64,000 bases of DNA. Origin: Planctomycetota bacterium (lineage in GTDB: Bacteria > Planctomycetota > UBA1135 > GCA-002686595). The notes under the pieces are model-generated. The model ran no database searches. It worked only from the letters and a program-made list of their open reading frames with translations, and was not told where the DNA came from. Location of the stretch: contig DUCM01000011.1 in NCBI GenBank assembly GCA_012959785.1, positions 61,824-125,823 of the forward strand, read 5' to 3'. Shown here piece by piece: positions 1 to 8,807 of the stretch. Positions within the stretch are counted from its first letter, which is position 1; each line of letters starts with the position of its first letter. The translations under genes were made by a program, and so were the position numbers.

Positions 1-404
1 GGGTAACCGCTAACACCCCACTTGTCTCCACTGGAGAAACCCGCGGCGCAGCGCACCCTGACTCCCATCTCATCGACATAGGCCGAGACCTTCTCCTCGG
101 ACTCATCGCTGACAGCCAACACGACCAGGCCTTTCGATCCGAATTCGTCCTGCAGCTCCTGCAGGTGGGGCCAAGACCCCTTGCACGGGCCTCACCAGGT
201 GGCCCAAAACTCGAGCAGGATCGCCTGCCCACGCAAACTCTCCAGGTCGGGATTGGCGCCGATGTGGTTGAACCAGGTCGAGGCCTCGATTTCCGGTGCG
301 GCACTTCCGTTGCCGGGCAAGTCGGGTGTGGGGCAGGTGAAGGCGCCCACGGCGAAGGCCATGCCGAGGCCCACGGCGAGAAAGACAGCGTTGAATTTCA
401 TCAT
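1..404 (-). CDS. TlpA/ResA-like periplasmic thioredoxin-fold thiol:disulfide oxidoreductase, predicted selenoprotein (W-U-G-P-C); 3' end lies beyond the window
   Basis: ATG at 404 gives signal peptide MMKFNAVFLAVGLGMAFAVGA. ORF 192..659(-) stops after ...LLEFWATW at TGA 192-194. Reading through in the same frame gives GPCKGSWPHLQELQDEFGSKGLVVLAVSDESEEKVSAYVDEMGVRVRCAAGFSSGDKWGVSGYP, open (63 codons) to the window edge. This completes a WCGPC-type redox motif and a TlpA-like fold, with TGA at the first Cys. Confidence 0.7.
149..180 (-). promoter_or_regulatory. Candidate bacterial SECIS region (two hairpins directly 3' of the in-frame UGA)
   Basis: On the mRNA strand, GGGGU-CUUG-GCCCC (167-180) starts 12 nt after the UGA. 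The perfect 7-bp hairpin CCUGCAG-GAG-CUGCAGG (149-165) starts 27 nt after the UGA and has G residues in its apical loop. No formal SECIS model was run. Confidence 0.4.
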
Positions 405-622
405 TTTTCCAGGGAGAAGTTGTGCGCCTCGCGGGGACTGGACCCTCTCAGAGGGACCGACTCTCAAAGAGACAGTGTCCGGCTCGCGCATGCGAAGGTG
501 TGTGCATACTACACCCCGCTCCCCCGGTGTGTCCTGCCGATTCCAGAGGGGCCACGCGCTCCGCCCGCGGACGACTGCGCTTGTACTGCCAGGGGTCCCT
601 GGTCGAGAATGAGGCCAAGCCC

Positions 623-1297
623 ATGCCGCCCCGCAACCCAAAAAACAAGAGCAGCGCATCAGGGCCAGGCCCCGTGCCCACCAAGGCCAAGTGGCAGGCC
701 CCTCGTCGGGCCGCCCACTACGCTGGCGCGCGCTTTGGAACGCCGCGCGCAGAGCAACGCGACAGCCGCGCCATCGCTCGGCTCCTGAGGCGCCACGGCG
801 AATTTCCCATCAAAGACTTACTCGACGCGCCCTGCGGCACCGGGCGCCTCGCGCCAGCCTTGAGCCAGGCCGCGAAGCGCTACATCGGTGCCGACATCTC
901 CGCCGCCATGTTGGGCGAGTTCAGAGGCCCAAACGGGATGCGGGCCCTGCGGATCAACGGGGACGCAACGGAGTTGCCCTTCCAAGGCGGGAGTTTCGAT
1001 GTGGTGGTGTGTTGCCGCCTCTTGCACCACCTCGACCCAGGCGCGCCCCTCGAAGCCGTGGCGCGAGAACTCGTGCGCGTGTCCCGCAGCCTTGTGCTGG
1101 CTTCCTTCTGGGATTGCGCCTGCCTGCCCGGGCTACGCCGGGCGTGGGGTTGGCGGCGGGACACGAGCGGACGCCGGCCTCTGCCGCGAGCCACCATCGA
1201 GGAGGCCTTCGCAGGCGCTGGTGGGCGCCTGCTGGGCTACACCACGAGCTGCCGCTTTCTGTCCATGCAGACCTTCATCGCCGTGGGGGTAGATTGA
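623..1297 (+). CDS. Class I SAM-dependent methyltransferase
   Basis: Motif I DLLDAPCGTGRL plus GADIS...LPFQGGSFDVVVCCRLLHHL (Methyltransf_11/25 pattern). ATG 623 was chosen because the 67 upstream codons of ORF 422..1297 are Arg/Pro-rich and uninformative. The stop overlaps the next start (TGATG). Confidence 0.8.
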   Translation: MPPRNPKNKSSASGPGPVPTKAKWQAPRRAAHYAGARFGTPRAEQRDSRAIARLLRRHGEFPIKDLLDAPCGTGRLAPALSQAAKRYIGADISAAMLGEFRGPNGMRALRINGDATELPFQGGSFDVVVCCRLLHHLDPGAPLEAVARELVRVSRSLVLASFWDCACLPGLRRAWGWRRDTSGRRPLPRATIEEAFAGAGGRLLGYTTSCRFLSMQTFIAVGVD

Positions 1298-2142
1298 TGA
1301 AATCCTCGCGCAGGGTCTCCAGGTTGCCCGGCGGACGCCTTTTCGTGGTGGCGACGGATGAGGGTGCGGCGCGCGACGCCCTCGAATGGTGCCGGGGGAG
1401 GAACTCTGGGGATCGGAGCGCCGCGGCGGGTGAAATCACCTTCGCCGGCGGCCCCGCCTGGTGCAAGGCAGACGGGCTCGGGGGTCGCGCCTCCCTGCGT
1501 CACAGCCTGCGGCGCGCCCTGCTCCGCCGCCCCGTGCCAAGGCTGGCCGAGTACTCAAATCTCGCGTGGCTCGTGGACGAGGGTTTCTCTTGCCCAGAAC
1601 CCCTGGCGGCGGGAGTCCTGTGGCGCAGCGGGCTGCCGCGCTGGCAATTCTTGATCACAAGAAAGGTCGCTGCTGCCCCCACCTTGCGCGTAGTCCTCTC
1701 CCGGCCGGAAGCCAAAGATACAACGCTGCTCGGCGAACTCGCCGCGGAAGTGGCGCGGCTGCACGCCTCGGGCTTCATCCACCGTGACCTTTTCCCGCGC
1801 AACATCCTGGTGCGCGACATGCCGCAAGGTGATCACGGCGCAGCGAGGCGCCTGGTCTTCCTCGACACCTGGCGCGGCGGAGCGCGCTGGCAATCGCGGG
1901 GGGTAGCCCACGACATCGCCTGTCTCTTGTCGCACCTGGCCCAGTGGCTCGGGCCCGACGAGCTGCAAGCCTGGTTTGAGGCCTACGCCGCGCGAAGGGG
2001 TGCATTGAACTGCCCGGTGGATGCGCGCAAACTCGCACGCAAGGTAGCCCGACAATGGCGAGCCCTCGCCGCGCGCTACGAACGCAGAGGCCGCGGCGCG
2101 GAACTTTGCGCCTGGAACGAGGGCTGGTTGCCGGTGGACTGA
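1297..2142 (+). CDS. Lipopolysaccharide kinase (Kdo/WaaP/InaA) family protein
   Basis: Catalytic-loop-like HASGFIHRDLFPRNILV, followed by LVFLDTW. ATG 1297 is in frame within ORF 691..2142 and overlaps the methyltransferase stop by 1 nt. Confidence 0.7.
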   Translation: MKSSRRVSRLPGGRLFVVATDEGAARDALEWCRGRNSGDRSAAAGEITFAGGPAWCKADGLGGRASLRHSLRRALLRRPVPRLAEYSNLAWLVDEGFSCPEPLAAGVLWRSGLPRWQFLITRKVAAAPTLRVVLSRPEAKDTTLLGELAAEVARLHASGFIHRDLFPRNILVRDMPQGDHGAARRLVFLDTWRGGARWQSRGVAHDIACLLSHLAQWLGPDELQAWFEAYAARRGALNCPVDARKLARKVARQWRALAARYERRGRGAELCAWNEGWLPVD

Positions 2143-2149
2143 CTGGCCT

Positions 2150-2632
2150 TCAATCCCGAAAAGAACTCTCTGCGTCGGGGCAGGTTGCTTCGAGGCGGGT
2201 GCGCAATGAGTCGTGCAGGGGGCGCGGCACGGCCACGGCCAGCCATGTCGGTCCCAGGCGGAAGCGCAAGTGCTCGCCGGTCAAACGCCAGGCGTCGAGT
2301 TCGGCGAGGGAGCGCGCTCGCCAACCGTACTGCACGCCACGCAATCCGCAGCGCTGGTCGTGGGTCGCCGGCGCCAGCCACCAGGCGCCGCCAGCGGGAA
2401 TCAAGAGCAGCGCGGCGAAGGTGCCCAGCCGCGGATCGACGGCCAGCGCCAGCAGGATCACGGCAAGGCCCAACAGCAGCCCCAAGGCGCGCCAGAGGCG
2501 GGGTGCGGTGTGGGCATGCAGCAACTCCCCCACCAGGGCCTCGCGCCGCGCTCGTAGGAAAAGGGCGCAGACCAGAGCAAGGGAACTCTCGACCAGGGAG
2601 AGCAGCAACAGGGCTTGCATGGCAAATTGCAT
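2150..2632 (-). CDS. Hypothetical membrane protein
   Basis: 160-aa ORF with hydrophobic helices (ALLLLSLVESSLALVCALFL, LGLLLGLAVILLALAV, FAALLLIPAGGAWWLA) and a soluble C-terminal part. No family recognised. Confidence 0.5.
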   Translation of the reverse strand: MQFAMQALLLLSLVESSLALVCALFLRARREALVGELLHAHTAPRLWRALGLLLGLAVILLALAVDPRLGTFAALLLIPAGGAWWLAPATHDQRCGLRGVQYGWRARSLAELDAWRLTGEHLRFRLGPTWLAVAVPRPLHDSLRTRLEATCPDAESSFRD

Positions 2633-2689
2633 GGGATGCGCGATTCTAGCCCGCCAGACGCCGCAGGCGAGAGGTTATGCTCAACGATC

Positions 2690-3571
2690 ATGAGCACGCC
2701 CACCCCTTTCGTCCGCTTGGCTCTGGTTTCGCTGCTCTTCACCGCTTGCAGCAGTGTGGGTCTGCGCGGCGCGGGCTACATGACCTACGACACCAAGAGC
2801 GGCCGCAGCGTCGAACTCGGCAGCCTGTGCGATGAGCTGGCCCGCCACGATGTTGTTTTCCTCGGCGAAGAACACGACAACGATGTGGGGCATCGCCTGC
2901 AACTCTGGACCCTCACGCGCCTCTTTGAGCTGCGGCCGGGACTCGTGCTCTCCATGGAACAGTTCGAGGCCGATGTGCAGGAGCTCCTGGATCGCTACCT
3001 CGCGGGCAAGATCGGCGAAGAGGAGTTCCTGGCCACCTCGCGGCCCTGGGGCAACTACGCCGAGCATTACCGGCCCATGGTCGAGTTCGCTCGGCGGCAC
3101 GGGATCCCGGTCATCGCGGCCAACATCCCCCGTCCCCTGGCGCGGCGTGTGGCCTATGGCGGTCTGGAGCGCATCGGCGGCGAGAACTTTGGCCCCTGGG
3201 ATGCGTGGACCGATGAGCCGGAGTACCTCGATCTCTTCGCCGAAGCCATGGGCCGGCACGGACAGGAAAACCGCGACGAGGGCCTCGAGCGCTGGTTCGC
3301 CGCGCAGTGCAGCAAGGATGAAAAAATGGCCGAGAGCATCGCCGCCGTTTTTGACAGAGAGAACGGCGAGCGGCCCTTGGTGGTGCACCTGTGTGGAAAG
3401 TTCCACTCGGACAAGCACCTCGGCAGCGTTTCACGCCTGGCGCGCCACAAGCCGGAGTTGAGCCTTGCGGTGGTCTCGATGAACTCCGACAAGCGCATCC
3501 GCCGCGCGCTGAGCGCCGATGAGCTCTCGCGCGGCGATTTCGTTTGGCTGGTGCGGCCCCAGCCGGACTGA
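2690..3571 (+). CDS. ChaN-family (PF04187-like, haem-binding uptake/Tiki superfamily) lipoprotein
   Basis: ATG 2690. Lipobox LLFTAC. Blocks VVFLGEEHDN, LSMEQFE, IPVIAANIPR and LCGKFHSD are typical of ChaN-like proteins. Confidence 0.7.
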   Translation: MSTPTPFVRLALVSLLFTACSSVGLRGAGYMTYDTKSGRSVELGSLCDELARHDVVFLGEEHDNDVGHRLQLWTLTRLFELRPGLVLSMEQFEADVQELLDRYLAGKIGEEEFLATSRPWGNYAEHYRPMVEFARRHGIPVIAANIPRPLARRVAYGGLERIGGENFGPWDAWTDEPEYLDLFAEAMGRHGQENRDEGLERWFAAQCSKDEKMAESIAAVFDRENGERPLVVHLCGKFHSDKHLGSVSRLARHKPELSLAVVSMNSDKRIRRALSADELSRGDFVWLVRPQPD

Positions 3572-3789
3572 GTCGCAAGCGCCGAGTTTCCAAACCGCAG
3601 GAGCTTGACTCAGTGTCTCTGGGTGCCCTCGGCGCCCAGCGTGCGCCACGAAGAGCTGCGCCTTTGGGCTGACTTCGAGCAGGACACCGCGCTCGAGGTT
3701 CATCATGATGAGGGGCTCTGCCTGGGTTTCGATGTGGCAACCAGAGCCAGAGGAGCAATCCGGCAGGCGGCCTCGATGGATAGCTCGCG

Positions 3790-3824
3790 CCTCACCCTTG
3801 CCCGGGGAGCCTCTTGCGGTGAGG
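3790..3824 (+). promoter_or_regulatory. Hairpin pairing CCTCACC with the GGTGAGG Shine-Dalgarno-like sequence of the ABC substrate-binding gene
   Basis: CCTCACC (3790-3796) and GGTGAGG (3818-3824) are perfect complements separated by 21 nt. The 3' arm abuts ATG 3825 and lies 9 nt before ATG 3834. Confidence 0.4.
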
Positions 3825-3833
3825 ATGCCGCCC

Positions 3834-5642
3834 ATGCATCGCCGTCTCCATTGGCCCCAGGTGGCCCTCGCCGCGCTCCTTTGCTGCCTCTCTTGCGGTT
3901 GCTGGGCGCGCAAGGCAGGCGCCTCGGCGGACACCGGTCAGGGAAAAACCCTGACCCTACCTATTCGCTCGGCGGGCCCCGGATCCCTGGATCCGGTGCG
4001 TGGCTCCACGACCTACGACAGCCAGGCTTGCTCGCTCGTGTACGAAACGCTCCTGCAATACAAGTACCTCAAGCGCCCCCTGGAACTCGAGCCGCTTTTG
4101 TGTGTGGCCATGCCCCAGGTCAGTGAGGATCGCCTCGTCTACACCTTTGAGTTGCGCCAGGATGTTTTCTTCCACGACGACCCCTGCTTCGAGAACGGCA
4201 AGGGCCGCCAGATGATCGCCAGGGATGTGGTCTATTCCTGGAAGCGCTTGGCGGACTCGGGCATTGGCACCCGCAACTGGTGGCTCCTGGAGAGCACGAT
4301 CCTGGGCTTGGACGAATGGCGCGGCCAGCAGAACAAGAACGACAGCTTCGACTACGACGCGCCGGTCGAGGGCATCTTGGCCCTGGATCGCTTCAGCCTG
4401 CAAGTCACCCTGACCGAGCCGGTGCAACGCTTCCTCTACATCCTGGCCATGTTCCAGATGTCGGTGGTGCCCCACGAAGCGGTCGAGTTCTATGGCGAGA
4501 CCATCTCGCGCCATCCCGTGGGCACCGGCCCCTTCACCCTGGCGGAAGAGGATTGGAAAACCTCCAAGAGCCTCGACTTCAAGCGCAACGGCGCCTGGCG
4601 CGAGGAATTCTACCCCTCCGAGTGGATGGAGCGCGACGAAGAGCGGGGGCTGCACCTCGATGCCGGTAAGCGCCTGCCCCTCGTCAACCACATCCGCTTC
4701 AACTGTTATGTGCAGGACCAGCCCATGTGGCTCGAGTTTCGCACCGGCCTGCTCGACTACGCGCAAATTCCAGCCGAGAACTACATCGACTGCATCCGCA
4801 AGCGCACCCACCAACTAAAAAAGGCCTACCGCGACGAGGGCATCGAATACCACCCCGTGCCTCTGCTCGATTTCATTTTTCGCGGCTTCAATATGGAGGA
4901 CGAATTGCTCGGCGGTTACAGCCCGCAAGCCAAACAGCTGCGCCAGGCGATCAGCCTCGCCATCGACCTCGAAGAGTTCAACAACACCTTCTACAACGGC
5001 CAAAACATCGTCTACGACGGCATGATCCCGCCGGGACTCGATGGCTATCCCGAAGGTGGGCGTTGCGAGGCCTCGTACACCGGGCCGGACCTCGCACGGG
5101 CGCGCGAGCTCCTGGCCCTCGCGGGCTATCCTGGCGGCGAGGGCCTGGGAAAAATTGACTTCTACACTTCCCTGGCCGCCAACAGCCAGGAGCAGACCGA
5201 GATGATGCAGCGCCAGTTGGGCAAGATCGGCATCGAGCTGAACGCCATCTTGCTCGAGTTCCCGCAACTGATCGAGGCCATCAACAAGAAGAAGGCGCCC
5301 ATGTTTTCCTTCGCCTGGGGCTCGGACTATCCCGATGGTGAAAACAACCTGGCACTCTTCTACGGCCCCAATCGCTCACCCGGATCCAACCACTACAACT
5401 ACGAGAACGAGGCCTTCGATCGGCTCTACGAGAAGATCCGCTCGATGCCGCCTTCCGCCGCGCGCACGGAAATTTACGCCACCATGCGCGACATGGTGCT
5501 CGAGGATGTGGCCTTCATCGGCGGCATGGCGCGCACGCGCAACTACCTCTCTTCGGCGCGCATCCGCAATTTCAAGCCCACCGAGGACTTCTGGAATTGG
5601 CCCAAGTATCTCGACATCAGCCCTTCCACTCCTGCTAACTAG
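3834..5642 (+). CDS. ABC transporter substrate-binding protein, family 5 (Opp/Dpp/Nik type)
   Basis: About 600 aa with an N-terminal hydrophobic, Cys-rich signal (ALAALLCCLSCGC) and a family-5 SBP pattern (LDPVRGSTTYDSQACSLVYETLLQYKY...). It heads a five-gene importer operon. Start is ATG 3834 (GAGGA 8 nt upstream) or ATG 3825. Confidence 0.85.
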   Translation: MHRRLHWPQVALAALLCCLSCGCWARKAGASADTGQGKTLTLPIRSAGPGSLDPVRGSTTYDSQACSLVYETLLQYKYLKRPLELEPLLCVAMPQVSEDRLVYTFELRQDVFFHDDPCFENGKGRQMIARDVVYSWKRLADSGIGTRNWWLLESTILGLDEWRGQQNKNDSFDYDAPVEGILALDRFSLQVTLTEPVQRFLYILAMFQMSVVPHEAVEFYGETISRHPVGTGPFTLAEEDWKTSKSLDFKRNGAWREEFYPSEWMERDEERGLHLDAGKRLPLVNHIRFNCYVQDQPMWLEFRTGLLDYAQIPAENYIDCIRKRTHQLKKAYRDEGIEYHPVPLLDFIFRGFNMEDELLGGYSPQAKQLRQAISLAIDLEEFNNTFYNGQNIVYDGMIPPGLDGYPEGGRCEASYTGPDLARARELLALAGYPGGEGLGKIDFYTSLAANSQEQTEMMQRQLGKIGIELNAILLEFPQLIEAINKKKAPMFSFAWGSDYPDGENNLALFYGPNRSPGSNHYNYENEAFDRLYEKIRSMPPSAARTEIYATMRDMVLEDVAFIGGMARTRNYLSSARIRNFKPTEDFWNWPKYLDISPSTPAN

Positions 5643-5660
5643 CCCGAATTAACCTGGATT

Positions 5661-6614
5661 ATGTGGTCCTACACAGCGCGCCGACTGCTCTACAACATTC
5701 CGGTCTATCTCGGCATCGTGCTCCTGCTGATGCTGGCTCTGCGGGTCAATGACCCGGCCAACGCCTTTCTCGGCAAGAACGCAAACCCCGAGGACCTGCT
5801 TCTGATCAAGGAACGACTGGGTCTCGACCGGCCCTTCTTGGTGCAGTACTTCGACCTTCTAAAAAGCGTCTTCAGCCTCGATTTCGGCACCTACAGTTGG
5901 GCCAATGAAGGCATCACCGTGGGGCGTATGTTGCGCGAATCGGTAGTGCCGAGCCTCTCAATCACCCTGCCGGCGCTGATCCTCACCAGCACGGTTTCGA
6001 TCACCATCGCCCTGATCTCGGCCTTCTTCCGCGGCCGCCGCATCGATCGCGCTTTGATGGTGCTGGCCGTTGTGGGCATGAGCGTTAGCTTTCTGGTCTA
6101 CATTGTCTTCGGGCAGTACTTCGGCGCCTACCTGCTCACCCGCGAGACGGGTTACAGTTTTTTCGCCATCGGCGGCTACGAATCGGGCCTTGCCAACTGG
6201 CCCTACTACTGTCTGTTGCCGGTCCTGATCAGCAGCCTTGTGGCCATGGGCTACGACACGCGCTTTTATCGCGCGGTGATGGTCGAGGAGTCCGGGCGCG
6301 ACTACATCGTCACCGCCACGGCGAAAGGCGCAAGCAAGCGCAAGGTCATGTTCGTGCACATGTTGAAGAACGCCATGATCCCCATCATCACGCGTATCAT
6401 GACGACCCTACCCTTCCTGATCATGGGCTCGCTGCTGCTCGAGGTGTATTTCAACATCCCGGGCATGGGCCGCGTGCTCTACAAGGCCATCCAGGAACAG
6501 GATTTTCCCGTGATCCAGATCTTCGTGGCCATCTTCGCAGGCCTCTTCATCCTCTCCAACATCTTGACTGATGTGCTCTATGCCTTGGTTGATCCGCGGG
6601 TGAGGCTCTCATGA
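5661..6614 (+). CDS. ABC transporter permease (OppB/DppB-like)
   Basis: 317 aa, six hydrophobic segments. BPD_transp_1-type loop MVEESGRDYIVTATAKGASKRKVMFVHMLKNAMIPIIT. Confidence 0.9.
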   Translation: MWSYTARRLLYNIPVYLGIVLLLMLALRVNDPANAFLGKNANPEDLLLIKERLGLDRPFLVQYFDLLKSVFSLDFGTYSWANEGITVGRMLRESVVPSLSITLPALILTSTVSITIALISAFFRGRRIDRALMVLAVVGMSVSFLVYIVFGQYFGAYLLTRETGYSFFAIGGYESGLANWPYYCLLPVLISSLVAMGYDTRFYRAVMVEESGRDYIVTATAKGASKRKVMFVHMLKNAMIPIITRIMTTLPFLIMGSLLLEVYFNIPGMGRVLYKAIQEQDFPVIQIFVAIFAGLFILSNILTDVLYALVDPRVRLS

Positions 6615-7795
6615 GCGGGCGATTGAAACAATTCTTCTCGCAACGGGGCATGCGCAAGCTGCGCCAAGACAAGATGGCCATGGGCGCTCTTTTTGTGATC
6701 GGTTGCTATCTGATCCTGGCGCTCTTCGTGGTGGCCCATCTGCCCTCGCCCGAAGCCGTGGTCATGCGCGTCGGACCGGACAACATTCCCGGCGTGTTCG
6801 GCACGCAAACCGCGGAAAAGCGACTCTCCGACGCCGAGTTTCGCCTCGAAGCGCTGCAACGGGCCGTGCGCACGAACGATCCTGAGACCTCGCTGGCTGA
6901 GTTTCGTATGGGCGACTTGCGCATCCTTGCCGGAACTCCAAAAGCCGTCGAATCCAGGATTGAGGGCGGTTGGAAGGCCTTTGAAGCGGTGGCTGTCTAC
7001 GATGACATCGAAGCCGAAGCCGTGGCCCTGGAGCTCTTGGAGAACCTGGAGAGCGAAGTCGCGGCGCTCTTCAGCCCGCCCACCGGGTTCACGGCTCTGG
7101 CGAGTTTCTTGCGACTCTCCCTGGGCACCGACCGCCAGGGGCGTTCGATCGCGTTGCGCGCCATCTACTCGACCAAAGTAGCAGTGCAAATCGGCATGGT
7201 GGCAGCTTTGATCTCGGTCTTGATTGGCACGCTCCTGGGCGCCGCTGCCGGATACTTCGGCGGCTGGGTCGACCACCTGGTGGTCTGGCTCTACTCGATC
7301 TTCTCCTCGATCCCCTGGATCGTGATGTTGATGGTGCTGGCCTCCATGTTCCGCGGCAGTCGTTTCGACGGCGGCCTGATCCCTGTCTACGCCGCCTTCT
7401 GCATGTCGTTTTGGATCTCTCCCTGCCGCGTGATTCGCGGCGAGGTGATGAAGCTCAAGGAACTCGAGTATGTGCAGGCTGCCTCGGCCATCGGTTTCGG
7501 GCACCTGCGCATCCTCTTGCGACATGTCATCCCCAACACCGCGCACCTGATGTTCATCAACTTCTCGTTGTTGTTCATCGGCGCCATCAAGGCCGAGGTG
7601 ATCCTCTCCTTCCTGGGCCTGGGCGTGAAGGACGAGCCCTCCTGGGGCGTCATGATCAACCACGCCAAGGCCGAGGTCCTGAACGGCTTCTTCTGGCAAA
7701 TCGGTGCTGCCACGGCATTCATGTTGGTGCTCGTCTTGGCCTTCAACATCCTCTCGGACGCCCTGCAAGACGCCTTCGATCCCAAACATGTTTGA
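6611..7795 (+). CDS. ABC transporter permease (OppC/DppC-like) with a long periplasmic insert after TM1
   Basis: ATGA overlap with the upstream permease. C-terminal half is OppC-like (EYVQAASAIGFGHLRILLRHVIPNT). About 140 non-hydrophobic residues lie between the first TM (ALFVIGCYLILALFVV) and the next. Confidence 0.9.
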   Translation: MSGRLKQFFSQRGMRKLRQDKMAMGALFVIGCYLILALFVVAHLPSPEAVVMRVGPDNIPGVFGTQTAEKRLSDAEFRLEALQRAVRTNDPETSLAEFRMGDLRILAGTPKAVESRIEGGWKAFEAVAVYDDIEAEAVALELLENLESEVAALFSPPTGFTALASFLRLSLGTDRQGRSIALRAIYSTKVAVQIGMVAALISVLIGTLLGAAAGYFGGWVDHLVVWLYSIFSSIPWIVMLMVLASMFRGSRFDGGLIPVYAAFCMSFWISPCRVIRGEVMKLKELEYVQAASAIGFGHLRILLRHVIPNTAHLMFINFSLLFIGAIKAEVILSFLGLGVKDEPSWGVMINHAKAEVLNGFFWQIGAATAFMLVLVLAFNILSDALQDAFDPKHV

Positions 7796-8807
7796 CTTGC
7801 CCCAACGAACCGCTAGCGAGCAGCCCGTGCTCTCGGTGCGGCACCTCTCCTGCAGTTTCAAGACCGACCGCGGCGAAGTCAGGGCCATTGACGATGTGTC
7901 CTTCGACCTGGCCGCAGGCGAGACCCTGGGCGTGGTGGGCGAATCCGGTTGCGGCAAGACCGTAACCTCCAAGTCCATCATGCGGCTGTTGCCAGAGCAC
8001 CTCTCGTTCCTCGGTCGGGACAGCGAGGTACTTTTCGAGGGTGAGAACATCGCCTTTGCGCCACCCGAGCGCATGCGCGAGATTCGCGGTCGGCGCATCG
8101 CCATGATCTTTCAGGAGCCCATGACATCCCTGAATCCGGTCTTCCGTGTGGGCTGGCAACTTTGCGAGGCGCTCAAGTACCACACCGAGCTCGACCGAGC
8201 CGGTCGCCGCGCGCGGGCCATCGAGATGCTACAGCTGGTGGAGATGCCCGAGGCCGAGCGTCGCATCGAGGAGTACCCCCACCAACTCTCCGGAGGCATG
8301 CGCCAGAGGGTCATGATCGCCATGGCCCTGTGTTGCGAGCCCGATGTGCTGATCGCCGACGAGCCCACCACGGCCCTCGATGTCACCATTCAGGCGCAGA
8401 TTCTGCAACTGATGGAGAATCTCAAGAGCAAACTCGGCACTGCCATCATGCTCATCACCCACGACCTCGGGGTCGTGGCCCAGGTCTGCGACCGGGTGCT
8501 GGTCATGTACGCCGGTCGCGTGATCGAGTCGGGAACGGTACACGAGATTTTCCACACGCCCCAGCACCCGTACACCCGCGCTCTGCTCGACTCGATCCCC
8601 AAGTCCGGAGAGCGCGCGCACAAAACACGCCTGCCCACGATCCCCGGCATTGTGCCGAGCCTTTTTGAACTGCCTCCCGGTTGTCGCTTTCAGGATCGGT
8701 GTCCCCTGGCCGAAGACCGCTGCCGCGACCGCGAGCCCGAGCTCTTGGGCGAGTTGCACGGCCGTCGCGTGCGCTGCCATCTGCCCCTCGCGGGAGGTCC
8801 CCGATGA
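7788..8807 (+). CDS. ABC transporter ATP-binding protein (OppD/DppD-like)
   Basis: Walker A GESGCGKT, signature LSGGMRQR, Walker B VLIADEPTTALD, and C-terminal oligopeptide-type extension (PPGCRFQDRCP). ATG 7788 overlaps the permease end by 8 nt. Confidence 0.9.
   Translation: MFDLPQRTASEQPVLSVRHLSCSFKTDRGEVRAIDDVSFDLAAGETLGVVGESGCGKTVTSKSIMRLLPEHLSFLGRDSEVLFEGENIAFAPPERMREIRGRRIAMIFQEPMTSLNPVFRVGWQLCEALKYHTELDRAGRRARAIEMLQLVEMPEAERRIEEYPHQLSGGMRQRVMIAMALCCEPDVLIADEPTTALDVTIQAQILQLMENLKSKLGTAIMLITHDLGVVAQVCDRVLVMYAGRVIESGTVHEIFHTPQHPYTRALLDSIPKSGERAHKTRLPTIPGIVPSLFELPPGCRFQDRCPLAEDRCRDREPELLGELHGRRVRCHLPLAGGPR

Noticed and set aside
422-1296. Upstream extensions of ORFs 422..1297 and 691..2142
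   Set aside because: The extended parts are Arg/Pro/Ala-rich with no similarity to the families recognised downstream. Internal ATGs at 623 and 1297 give proteins of normal length, with a stop-start overlap.
6578-8104. 508-aa ORF on the minus strand
   Set aside because: It is antisense to clearly recognisable OppC/OppD-type genes. The translation is Arg/Gly/His/Asp-rich low complexity with no motifs. This is a typical long shadow ORF in high-GC DNA.
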